A stretch of 64,000 nucleotides of DNA from Eledone cirrhosa (taxonomy: Eukaryota): contig OZ024751.1 in assembly GCA_964016885.1 (NCBI GenBank), positions 15,438,001 through 15,502,000 on the forward strand, in the 5' to 3' direction. The position numbers and the translations under genes were made by a program. The notes under the pieces are model-generated. The model was given only the letters and a program-made list of their open reading frames with translations, searched no databases and was not told the DNA's origin. This document shows, in pieces, positions 1-10,500 of the stretch. Every line of letters starts with the position of its first letter. Position 1 is the stretch's first letter.

Positions 1-2902
1 GACCACCTTGCGGTGGGGGCATATTGTCTATATGCTTCAGCTTGTACCCATGGGAGGTCGGGTACTCTGTATTACTGCGTGACGCCAGAAGTCAGGGTCG
101 TGTGTCAAATCCTTTGAGAGGTGTAATTGGGTAAGGTCGGCTTTTATCACCTCATCTTGGGTCTCCCCACTCCGCGGTTTCCATCAACTTCTAGTGCTCT
201 GCACCTTTTTATGCAGCTGTCATCCTTCATACGCATCACATGTCCATACCAGCGCAACCGCCTCTCCTGCACACAGCATTTGATTCCTCTTATGCTCAGT
301 CTCTCTCTCAATTCATTTATGCTTTGTCGTTCACGTATATTACTGTTACACATCCATCGGAGCATGCAGGCTTCGTTTCTCTCTAATCTACGTAAGTCTT
401 CCACCTTCAGCGCCCAGGTCTCACTACCATGCAACATTGCTGTTCGGATACACGCATCATACAGTCTGCCTTTCATTCTGAGGGAGAAGCCTTTTGCAGC
501 TAGCAGTGGTAGTAGTTCCCTAAACTTCTTCCATCCCGTTCTTACCCTAGTTATTGTACTTTCTGAACACCCACCCCCGCTGCTAATTCGGTCACCTAGG
601 TAGCAGAAGCTGTCTACTGTTTCTACAGAGCCCTCCCAGAGATTGGTGGTACTTGTTTCCTGTGGCTGTTTCCTGCTTGCTGTCTCATCACAGCTGCTGC
701 ATGTGAAGCCTACATTCTTAATTAAGCTTCCTGAGATCCCGCTACATCTCTTGTGTACCCATTGTTTGCATTTGGGGCAGAGAATGGAGTTCCTACCTAC
801 ACCTTTCCTACATACTGAGCAAGGCCATTTCCCTGAGGGGATCTGGGTTCTGTTTTCTCGTCTACTTACAAGGACCTTAGTTTTTGTCATGTTGACTTTG
901 AGACCCTTTCTTTCTAGTCCCTGCTTCCAAGTTTGGAATTTATTCTCTAGTTCTACCATAGATTCAGCTATGAGTGCGAGGTCATCAGCATACAGGAGTT
1001 CCCATGGGCATCCGGTCTTAAACTCCTCCGTTATTGCCTGCAGGACTATGATGAACAGGAGGGGGCTAAGAACAGAGCCCTGGTGGACCCCAACCTGTAC
1101 GCTAAATTCTTTGCTATACTCATTGCTAATCCTAACTTTGCTGACTGCTCCCCTATACATGGCTTGTACCGCTTTCACAAGCCATTCATCTACTCCTAGT
1201 TTTCTAAGAGCCCACCAGATTACAGCACGTGGAACTCTGTCAAAGGCTTTCTCAAGGTCAACAAATGCCAAGTAGAGTGGCTTACTTTTAGCTAGGTACT
1301 TTTCCTGTAATTGCCTCTCAAGGAAGAGGGCATCAGTGGTGCCTCTTCCTGGTACAAACCCAAATTGCATCTCGTCTATTTCCACCCGGTCCCTAATCAA
1401 CTGTGCTATAACTCTTTCTGTTACTTTCATGACCTGGTCCATCAACTTTATACCTCTATAGTTTCCTCTATCTAGTGCATCGCCTTTACCTTTGTAGCAG
1501 TTGACAATGATGCTACTGCACCAATCTTTTGGCATGACACCTTCTAGTATTACCTGGTTAACAATACGTGTGGTTATAGTGTGACCTACAGACCCAGATG
1601 CCTTCAGCATCTCGGCAGCTATACCCGATGGACCGGTTGTCTTCCCCATCTTCATATCTTTGATTGCCTTACTTACTACGTTGCTGCTGACTTGTACTGC
1701 TGACCCCTCTATAGGGTCTACTTGGGGTAGGGTCTCTTCTTCCCATGCATTCTCCTCATTTAGTAATCTATCATAATGACTCTTCCATGCATCTTTCTTC
1801 TCAGCACTTGTGAGGGCAAGCTCACCTTTATCATTCCGGATACACTTCCCTCCAATGACATCACAACTATCTCTGACACACTGCCTCACAATCTTGAATA
1901 CCTCCTGTTTCTGGTCCTGACGTTGCAAAACATGCTTGAATTTTCTATCCTCTGCTTCCCTCCTAGCTAAGTATACTTGTCGCCTAGCTTCTCTCTTGGT
2001 CTCTATGTAATGTACCCTGCTCCCCCCGTTCTTCCATTCTTTCCATGCCTGTCTCTTGGCCTTAACTGCCTCATCTACCTTATTGTTCCACCACCAAGTC
2101 ACTCTCCTCCTGCTTGAGGTCTTACTCCAGCCACAGACCTCATCCGTCGCCTCTAGTAAATTATTTTTTAGGAACTCCCAGTTCTCTTCTACATTAAATG
2201 TCTCTATCTGTTCTTCTTTACTGTCGTAGGCATTGAGTAAAATATCTTTAAATCTGTTACTGGTTGAGGGGACTTTCAGCTTCCAGATCTTTCTTCTCCA
2301 GGTTGGCCTCTGTTTCCAGGTACGTCTAGTTCTGACCGTGAGGTCGCTGACAACTAAGCTATGTTGGGATGTACATTCCTCACTAGGGAAGGCTTTTGTG
2401 TTTACGACCGTCCATCTGTCACGTCCTTTGATGAGGATAAAATCTATCTGACTCGAGTGCTCCCCTGATCTATAGGTGATCAGGTGGTTGTCGGGTTTTT
2501 TAAAGTTTGTGTTACATATCGACATGTCATTGGCGTCGCAGAATTCTAGAAGTCTGAATCCTTCCTCATTTCTTGTGCCAACCCCATGGCCACCATGTAC
2601 TCTATTGAAGCCGTCGCAGTGTTTACCTACGTGTCCGTTAAAATCTCCTGCGATGATTAGGAAGTCATTGTTGTCTGTTAGAGCAGTAGTGTGCATTAGG
2701 GACTCGTAAAACCTATCCTTAAGTTCGTCTGGCAGCCCCGATTGGGGTGCGTAAGCTGATATTATTGTGGTAATTGTTTTATTCAGGACTAGTCTGAGTT
2801 TAATGATTCTTGCATTTACCCTGTACACTGAGATTACTTTATCTACCCACTTGTCAGCTAGTAGTATACCTACACCACCCATCCCATCGTCATTTCCCAC
2901 CC
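1..2902 (-). mobile_element. RTE-clade LINE, 5'-truncated, running off the window start
   Basis: ORF 147..2900 has APE motifs (SAYAPQ, GDFNGH, QIDF) and RT motifs (NYRGI, FVDLEKAFD, QGSVLSP, YADD, YLG). The C-terminus (VIKADLTQLHLSKDLTHDPDFWRHAV) continues in another frame at about 37-150 after a small deletion. Confidence 0.95.
147..2900 (-). CDS. RTE APE-endonuclease/reverse transcriptase ORF (917 aa open) with an internal PHD-like C4HC3 finger
   Basis: Uninterrupted frame. CSVC...CPKCKQWVHKRC...CSSC sits between the late RT motifs. The N-terminal APE part is missing. Confidence 0.85.
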   Translation of the reverse strand: MGNDDGMGGVGILLADKWVDKVISVYRVNARIIKLRLVLNKTITTIISAYAPQSGLPDELKDRFYESLMHTTALTDNNDFLIIAGDFNGHVGKHCDGFNRVHGGHGVGTRNEEGFRLLEFCDANDMSICNTNFKKPDNHLITYRSGEHSSQIDFILIKGRDRWTVVNTKAFPSEECTSQHSLVVSDLTVRTRRTWKQRPTWRRKIWKLKVPSTSNRFKDILLNAYDSKEEQIETFNVEENWEFLKNNLLEATDEVCGWSKTSSRRRVTWWWNNKVDEAVKAKRQAWKEWKNGGSRVHYIETKREARRQVYLARREAEDRKFKHVLQRQDQKQEVFKIVRQCVRDSCDVIGGKCIRNDKGELALTSAEKKDAWKSHYDRLLNEENAWEEETLPQVDPIEGSAVQVSSNVVSKAIKDMKMGKTTGPSGIAAEMLKASGSVGHTITTRIVNQVILEGVMPKDWCSSIIVNCYKGKGDALDRGNYRGIKLMDQVMKVTERVIAQLIRDRVEIDEMQFGFVPGRGTTDALFLERQLQEKYLAKSKPLYLAFVDLEKAFDRVPRAVIWWALRKLGVDEWLVKAVQAMYRGAVSKVRISNEYSKEFSVQVGVHQGSVLSPLLFIIVLQAITEEFKTGCPWELLYADDLALIAESMVELENKFQTWKQGLERKGLKVNMTKTKVLVSRRENRTQIPSGKWPCSVCRKGVGRNSILCPKCKQWVHKRCSGISGSLIKNVGFTCSSCDETASRKQPQETSTTNLWEGSVETVDSFCYLGDRISSGGGCSESTITRVRTGWKKFRELLPLLAAKGFSLRMKGRLYDACIRTAMLHGSETWALKVEDLRRLERNEACMLRWMCNSNIRERQSINELRERLSIRGIKCCVQERRLRWYGHVMRMKDDSCIKRCRALEVDGNRGVGRPKMR

Positions 2903-4622
2903 AGAAAAAAAAAAATAATAATGAAAATATTGTGTACAGTGCTCAGGTGCACTACAACTCATCAAAAGTGTGTATAGTACATAGGGTAATGTACAAAGGT
3001 CAGGAAAATGAACAGTGTATGAGTCATGATATACACGTGTGCATGTGTATGGAAAAGGGACATCAGGTGTAGTTTTGGTGAATTTCGGGAAGCATGGAGG
3101 TTTTAAAGGATGCAGTGTCTCGGCAGCTAACAACTGACGCAGCTCTAAGCGTGAAAAAATGTTTCCGAAAGTCATGGGAGCTGTGCTGTTTTCTGACTTT
3201 GTAGGCATGTCCACGTGTGTTAGACACACATGGAGATCAAAAAGGTGCTCAGGGTTGTGTTGGCGAGATGGTTAATAACTTTGTGGGTGTTTACCAAGTC
3301 CATTGCCAGACGTTGGAGCTTCAATGAATCTATGCCCAGGGAAACAAGGCGTTCAGAGTATGGTAGGTGTCTGATGGAGGGTATGCGCTTGGTTGCACGT
3401 CTCTGAACAGTTTCCAGGATGTCAATGTTCTGAGCAAGATAGGGGTTCCAGACTGATGATGCGAATTCCAAGTGTGGTCATACCATAGCTGTATACAGCT
3501 TTAAATAGATGGCTGGAGAGCGGCTAACAAAGGTCTCGCTGAGTGATGCCAAGACACCCTTGGCCTAATTGACAATTTTAGAGATGTGCTTTGTCCAACG
3601 CAAATCGCTGCTGACAGTAATGCCCAGGTCACGTTCACAACAGGACTTCTTGATATCAGTGTTGTGGAGGGAGAATGTGGACGCTGGATTTTTCCTCCCA
3701 AAATGCATGGTGGTACACTTGTCCACAGCCAACTTCAGTTGCCAGTCTGTGATCCATTGCTGCATTGTGTCCAGGTCTGATTGTAGGAAAGAGTTATAGA
3801 TTTCAGGATCTGTTCTTTTGATTTCAAGATACATCTTGATGTCATCTGCATATTTCAGTACTGTGGCATTCTTTAAGTTGGCATCTATGTGATTAATGTA
3901 TACAAGAAACAAAAGGGGACCAAGAACAGATCCCTGTGGTACACCAGATGACATCTCATATGGTGAAGAATGCTATCCTAGAACCGTGACTACCTCTTTT
4001 CGGCTGAGAATGAAGGATTTCAACCAGTTAAAAAGATCATCCTTCACACCCATTGCAGAGAGTTTTGCCATAAGTCTTTTGTGTGGCATAGAATTAAAAG
4101 CCTTAGCAAAGTCAAGGTAAACAACATCCACCCATGAGCCGCTGTCAGTGATCCGGATAATGTCTTCAAGGAACTTGATAAGCTGATCACAGCAGCTGGA
4201 GTTAGGGATAAATCCAAATTGCGAGGGCCGAATGAGGCTGTGAGAGCTCCAGAAGTTCCAAAATGTTTCTCTGACACAGGATTCCATCAGTTTGGCAATA
4301 CAACTAGTTAAAAGGTGACGTGCGGTTGCCCTTTTTGAACAGGGGAATGACACTGGCAGTTTTCCACTGCTCCGGAGTAGCATCATTGTTGACATGGTCA
4401 TACGTATGTCACAGAAAAAAACTTCTTGTGATTCGTTCAAATCAGCGCAAGGAATTACCGAAAAATTTGAACGAACGTAGACCATCACACCACCACCACA
4501 GCGATTAATGCAGTCCTTGCGGAACAGGTTATACCCAGTAATGCTGAAAAACCCATCACAGAGTAAGGAATGTGCCCATGTTTCTGTGACTGCGATGAAG
4601 TCAGGGTCGATTCTTCTGACGG
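2903..4622 (-). mobile_element. CR1-clade LINE ORF2 remnant with 3' end and internal deletions
   Basis: YLDFAKAFN, SGVPQGSVLGPLLF, YADD, ERDLGI and VWNPY...VQRRATK motifs. APE piece (FIAVTETW, GGVMVYV) at 4400-4620. 3' tail cattattattt at about 2905-2925. Confidence 0.9.
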
Positions 4623-4626
4623 AGTT

Positions 4627-5042
4627 TTTAGTGTAACGTCTACGTAACTATAACCACTAATTTGTATAAAGAAAAGGATAAGATATTTTTACATAACACC
4701 ATGTCGAATGAGAGTTAATTCCCATTACAAAGGTAATGACAAAACATAGGCAGTTTCTCGGAACGAGAATCAAATATAAGTCTTCATTTTGTAGTTCCAT
4801 GATATAATTGTTGTGAACAAATATTCTCGTACGTAATTAGGTATAGTCCAGATCCATAATAGTGGTTAGAGAAAAGTTAACATACTTGTCTTCAGTGTTG
4901 TCAGTTCGAAGGAAGGCGCCAAAAGAGAGAGAGCTTGATTGCGTTGCTGCTATTTATATCCTCTTTCTGGAAGTTACAATGAGGGTTCTAGACTTTTGGC
5001 GGAAAGTAACTCTAGCTACTTCCCTGTCTAGAGAGCGTTACA
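4627..5042 (-). mobile_element. Solo LTR inserted in CR1, with 4-bp TSD AGTT
   Basis: Minus strand runs TGTAACG...GTTACACTAAA. AGTT lies at 4623-4626 and 5043-5046. The uninterrupted target (ggagttaaacag) is visible in the CR1 copies at 7884 and 8801. It has a TATAAATA box and shares CGCTCTCTAGACAGG(G)AAGTAGCT with the LTR at 6049-6501. Confidence 0.85.
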
Positions 5043-5579
5043 AGTTAAACAGATGCATCTTGTTGCATAAACTGCGAGCATTTAAGGACAACAATTTGTA
5101 CCCTGCTAGCAGTTTACGATGGTATGTAGAGGATGACAGGTTGTTCTGGTTTAGTTTCCCAGAATTTAGTTTCCAGCTGACTAAAACTTTCATGTTGTGC
5201 TGAGTTCCGATTCAAGGAAGCTGCAGCACGTAGCTTTGGACGTACATCAGGTGATAGGCCTGGGCGTGTTCGGAAGGTAATCTGATTTTCACGCCCGGCT
5301 TTAACAGAGACCAGATGATATGAAATTGCCTCAGCAGGGTTCGAAAAAGACAGCCTAATGAGTCTGGGTTTTGGACCAGGTCGACCGAGGCGGAGAGCAC
5401 CCTTTGGGAGAACACAGCCTAGGTCTTTGGCTGAGCTGGCAGCAAATGCCTGAAGATCAGCCTTGTCTTCTGGTACCCTAATGGCAATTACTCCATGGAT
5501 AGCAGATTCCGCGGTCTTCTCAGTGTGCCCAGATCCGGCAAGAGGTACAGGGAGATTCTTTAGCAAGGCATTCCTATAA
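5043..5579 (-). mobile_element. CR1 ORF1 C-terminal part plus ORF2 start (continuation of the CR1 at 2903-4622)
   Basis: RLGRPGPKPRLIRLSF ORF1-type motif, followed by LLSLNARSLCNK (APE start) contiguous with 4620 across the LTR. Confidence 0.85.
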
Positions 5580-5729
5580 AAAAAAAGTAAGCGACCAACC
5601 GACCTATTGGCTGGTTGATCGCTTACTTTTTTTTCGTTTTTATTACAAATATGTACATATAATATTAATATTATCTCTAAGATATTACCAATTATATAAT
5701 TTAAGAATAAAAAAATTTATAAATTTTCA

Positions 5730-6501
5730 TTGCAAGATTCTGGTGATGGTACGTTTCTGTTTGAATTCATTAATCTTGCGTATTTCCTCCATCTGCATTC
5801 TCTGGTGTCGTTTTACTTTATCTGAATCGTCGTCTTCTCTGTCGCTGATTTCCAGTCTAAGGGTGTCCCGCTTCTATCTGGAGACGGAGTCCGAAGTCTG
5901 GTTCGTCTTTGTTGGTCGACTTGTTGGAGTTTTTCATACTCGTCTAAAATGTCTTTTTTTTTTTTTTTTTTTTAATATTATATACATCGTATACCTTTTC
6001 CCATTCGTTTTAAAAAAAAAAAAAAAAAATCACGTCGGGGGTCACCACTTTAGGAGATTAGATCGGTGTACATACAACATAAAAAAGACAGTAAATACCG
6101 GTGTGTGTTATAATAATGTTTTTACTTCATGGAAGTCAAAGGTATTAAATATTAAGGATTTGTTACCCGATGGTCATAACTCGAGGCTGAAGTTGGTAGA
6201 GAAAAGAAGAGATCTTTTCTAGCTGGTATTAACATCTTAAGCTCTCAGGCTGCAAGTTGCATTGTTCTTGGTAGCGAAGGATTATCAAAAAGGAATCATC
6301 ACAAGCTAAGGTCGCAGGTGTTACCACTTCAGAAATCAGGAGGCAAGAGGGAGATATTGTGGTAACCTGTTCCTTTTATAGGAGGTGACCGGAAGTGACC
6401 AACAGGGAGTCTGTCAATCCCAAAGGGAAGCAACTCCAGCTACTTCCTGTCTAGAGAGCGGTGATGAGATTGTCATGACCAGGGAGGCAACTCTTGCTAC
6501 A
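5730..6501 (-). mobile_element. Gypsy-like LTR retrotransposon 5' end: LTR 6049-6501, tRNA-Trp PBS, leader and possible gag start
   Basis: LTR runs TGTAGCA...CTCCTAAA, with TATAAAA near 6375. The PBS TGGTGACCCCCGACGTGAT (6029-6047) is complementary to the tRNA-Trp 3' end. Confidence 0.85.
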
Positions 6502-7139
6502 TACGTTTCTAATTCTGCTATAGTCATACTTGCTTTTAACTCTGTGTAAGGAATTAAAGCTGCTCTATGTTTAATTACTAATTGTATATATTCAGCATCG
6601 TGTTTCTTGTAGTAGGTTTTATCTATAGGATTTTCTGAACAATTTATGTAATGTATGAATGTTCTCGAGAATTTTTTAGATACTATTGGATTTATATCCC
6701 CTATTACTGGTGGATGATCCCCTTGTGCCATTGCTGCTGAACCCCCTGGTGATGGCCCTACGTGTGGATCCCCCATTGCTGGTGTTTCTACTATGCCACT
6801 ATCTTGTGATGTCGCTGCGTTCAATAGATCTTGATCTGATATATCGCAACTCTCTTCGTTTTTGTGTGATTGTTCTTGTTCTATTCTCCTCTTTTTTTCA
6901 GTAGGTGGCATTACAAAGTTTTTTCCTCTTACAATATTCCTTACTAAGAACGCCGATACTCCGCTACTTTTTTTACTACACTCGATTAGTTTGTTGTCAG
7001 CTTCTAATATAGTTATATCTTTTCTGTTGTAATCTAAATCGTGTTCTCTGCAGCACTTGTCTAATTCATTAACCGGTTTGTTGTTGTAATTGTTAGTGTA
7101 TGGTCCACAATAATTATAAGATGGTAAATGTAAAGGCAT
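6502..7139 (-). pseudogene. Endogenous parvovirus/densovirus capsid gene fragment (VP1 PLA2 domain plus start of the major capsid region)
   Basis: PLA2 Ca-loop and catalytic motifs (LPSYNYCGPY, DKCCREHDLDY, AD), KKRR NLS, a Gly/Ala-rich stretch, then KFSRTFIHY and IPY..L..SMT.AE resembling densovirus capsid strands. It is cut exactly at the LTR terminus (6501). Confidence 0.85.
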
Positions 7140-7143
7140 GATT

Positions 7144-7400
7144 ACTTACCGAGAGTTCTGCCAACATTGTTGCATCTCTGAGTTTCAAATTGTCGTAGCT
7201 CATCTTGGTGAGTAGCGAAGTATCGACGTTCTTCTTCTGGCGTGTAGTTCTGTTGTGGTAATTTGAATTGCGCGCCTTGATTTTTATACTGTTTTTAATG
7301 TTGACTATGCTTTTTATTTTGCCTACGTGTTCGTATTTTAAATTCTGCCTACGTAGCATTAATATTCCCGCTGTAATTGATATCTTCAATGTGATTGGAT
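7144..7400 (-). promoter_or_regulatory. Putative viral capsid promoter and leader exon
   Basis: CCAAT at 7394-7398, TATAAAAA at 7281-7288, ATG at 7203 opening 18 codons (MSYDNLKLRDATMLAELS) that end at a consensus donor G|GTAAGT (7149-7144) just before the PLA2 ATG at 7139. Confidence 0.55.
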
Positions 7401-7509
7401 AAGCTGCCTGCACTCTGCACTGCCCTTTTGGAAAGGAGACAAGCCGGTCGGTCGGGAGGGGGAGGTTACATTACACAGTTATAGCGTAAAGGCTCTTCAC
7501 GTTTGCCTA

Positions 7510-10500
7510 TCCGCAGATTCCGCGGTCTTCTCAGTGTGCCCAGATCCGGCAAGAGGTACATGGAGATTCTTTAGCAAGGCATTCCTATAAGACCCCTCAT
7601 TGTGGGGTCCAACCCGAATGCTTGCTTTTATTCCTGTTACTTCCCTTCTTAAAGCAGAAATCATTTGTTTCAATTCTGCAAAATCTGTACTAGTCAATTG
7701 ATGGAAGAAGTCCTTGGCAAACTGGATCAGTGTCTCAACGTACTGCTGCTGGGAGACTTTCACCTACCGAGGGCCACCTTCTCCCAGAAATGACACACTC
7801 AAACAGAGACAGACTGTCCTGGATCTCTGTAGGTGATGTCAGGGAGTTTTCTGAATCATCTCATCTCCGATGCTTCTGACGTAGGAGTTAAACAGATACA
7901 TCTTGTTGCATAAACTGCGAGCATTTAAGGACAACAATTTGTACCCTGCTAGCAGTTTATGATGGTGTGTAGAGGGTGGCAGGTTGTTCTGGTTTAGTTT
8001 CCCAGAGTTGTAGCAGTTTTTACATTGCCAGTTATTGTGGGTAGATCACACTCAGACCAGCTTGTATCTCTCTTCCACGTTTCACCAGCCTTGACAAACC
8101 TCCAGATCTGCCCATCATCACGCAGACTAAAACTTTCATGTTGTGCTGAGTTCCGATTCAAGGCAGCTGCAGCACGTAGCTTTGGATGTACATCAGGTGA
8201 TAGGCCTGGCTGTGTTCGGAAGTTAATCTGATTTTCACGCCCGGCTTTAACAGAGGCCAGATGATATGTAATTGCCTCAGCAGGGTTCGAAAAAGACAGC
8301 CTGATGAGTCTGGGTTTTGGACCCGGTCGACCAAGGCGGAGAGCACCCTTTGGGGGAACACAGCCTAGGTCTTTGGCTGAGCTGGCAGCAAATGCCTGAA
8401 GATCAGCCTTGTCCCCTGGTACCCCAATGGCAATCACTTCATGGGTAGCAGATTCCGCAGTCTTTTCAGTCTTTTCAGCAAGAGGTACAGGGAGATTCTT
8501 TAGCAAGGCATTCCGATAAGACCCCTCATTGTGGGGTCCAACCTGAATGCTTGCTTTTATTCCTTTTACTTCTCTTAAAGCAGATTGCAATTTTGCAAAA
8601 TTTGTACTGGTCAATTGATGGAAGAAGTCCTTGGCAAACTGGATCAGTGTCTCAACATACTGCTGCTGGGAGACTTTCACCTACCGAGGGCCACCTTCTC
8701 CCAGAAATGACACACTCAAACAGAGACAAACTGTCCTGGATCTCTGTAGGTGATGTCAGGGAGCTTTCTGAATCATCTCATCTCCGATGCTTCTGACGTA
8801 GGAGTTAAACAGATACATCTTGTTGCATAAACTGCGAGCATTTAAGGACAACAATTTGTACCCTGCTAGCAGTTTATGATGGTGTGTAGAGGGTGGCAGG
8901 TTGTTCTGGTTTAGTTTCTCAGAGTTGTAGCAGTTTTTACATTGCCAGTTATTGTGGGTAGATCACACTCAGACCAGCTTGTATCTCTCTTCCACGTTTC
9001 ACCAGCCTTGACAAACCTCCAGATCTGCCCATCATCACGCAGACTAAAACTTTCATGTTGTGCTGAGTTCCGATTCAAGGCAGCTGCAGCACGTAGCTTT
9101 GGATGTACATCAGGTGATAGGCCTGGCTGTGTTCGGAAGTTAATCTGATTTTTACGCCCGGCTTTAACAGAGGCCAGATGATATGTAATTGCCTCAGCAG
9201 GGTTCGAAAAAGACAGCCTGATAAGTCTGGGTTTTGGACCAGGTCGACCAAGGCGGAGAGCACCCTTTGGGGGAACACAGCCTAGGTCTTTGGCTGAGCT
9301 GGCAGCAAATGCCTGAAGATCAGCCTTGTCCCCTGGTACCCCAATGGCAATCACTTCATGGGTAGCAGATTCCGCAGTCTTTTCAGTCTTTTCAGCAAGA
9401 GGTACAGGGAGATTCTTTAGCAAGGCATTCCGATAAGACCCCTCATTGTGGGGTCCAACCTGAATGCTTGCTTTTATTCCTTTTACTTCTCTTAAAGCAG
9501 ATTGCAATTTTGCAAAATTTGTACTGGTCAATTGATGGAAGAAGTCCTTGGCAAACTGGATCAGTGTCTCAACGTACTGCTACTGGGAGACTTTCACCTA
9601 CCGAGGGCCACCTTCTCCCAGAAATGACACACTCAAACAGAGACAAACTGTCCTGGATCTCTGTAGGTGATGTCAGGGAGCTTTCTGAATCATCTCATCT
9701 CCGATGCTTCTGACGTAGGAGTTAAACAGATACATCTTGTTGCATAAACTGCGAGCATTTAAGGACAACAATTTGTACCCTGCTAGCAGTTTATGATGGT
9801 GTGTAGAGGGTGGCAGGTTGTTCTGGTTTAGTTACCCAGAGTTGTAGCAGTTTTTACATTGCCAGTTATTGTGGGTAGATCACACTCAGACCAGCTTGTA
9901 TCTCTCTTCCACGTTTCACCAGCCTTGACAAACCTCCAGATCTGCCCATCATCACGCAGACTAAAACTTTCATGTTGTGCTGAGTTCCGATTCAAGGCAG
10001 CTGCAGCACGTAGCTTTGGATGTACATCAGGTGATAGGCCTGGCTGTGTTCGGAAGTTAATCTGATTTTCACGCCCGGCTTTAACAGAGGCCAGATGATA
10101 TGTAATTGCCTCAGCAGGGTTCGAAAAAGACAGCCTGATGAGTCTGGGTTTTGGACCAGGTCGACCAAGGCGGAGAGCACCCTTTGGGGGAACACAGCCT
10201 AGGTCTTTGGCTGAGCTGGCAGCAAATGCCTGAAGATCAGCCTTGTCCCCTGGTACCCCAATGGCAATCACTTCATGGGTAGCAGATTCCGCAGTCTTTT
10301 CAGTCTTTTCAGCAAGAGGTACAGGGAGATTCTTTAGCAAGGCATTCCGATAAGACCCCTCATTGTGGGGTCCAACCTGAATGCTTGCTTTTATTCCTTT
10401 TACTTCTCTTAAAGCAGATTGCAATTTTGCAAAATTTGTACTGGTCAATTGATGGAAGAAGTCCTTGGCAAACTGGATCAGTGTCTCAACGTACTGCTGC

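Noticed and set aside
7114-7413. 99-aa ORF as a viral NS protein
   Set aside because: It has a non-ATG start and no helicase or HUH motif, and it overlaps promoter-like elements. Only the part after the ATG at 7203 is plausible.
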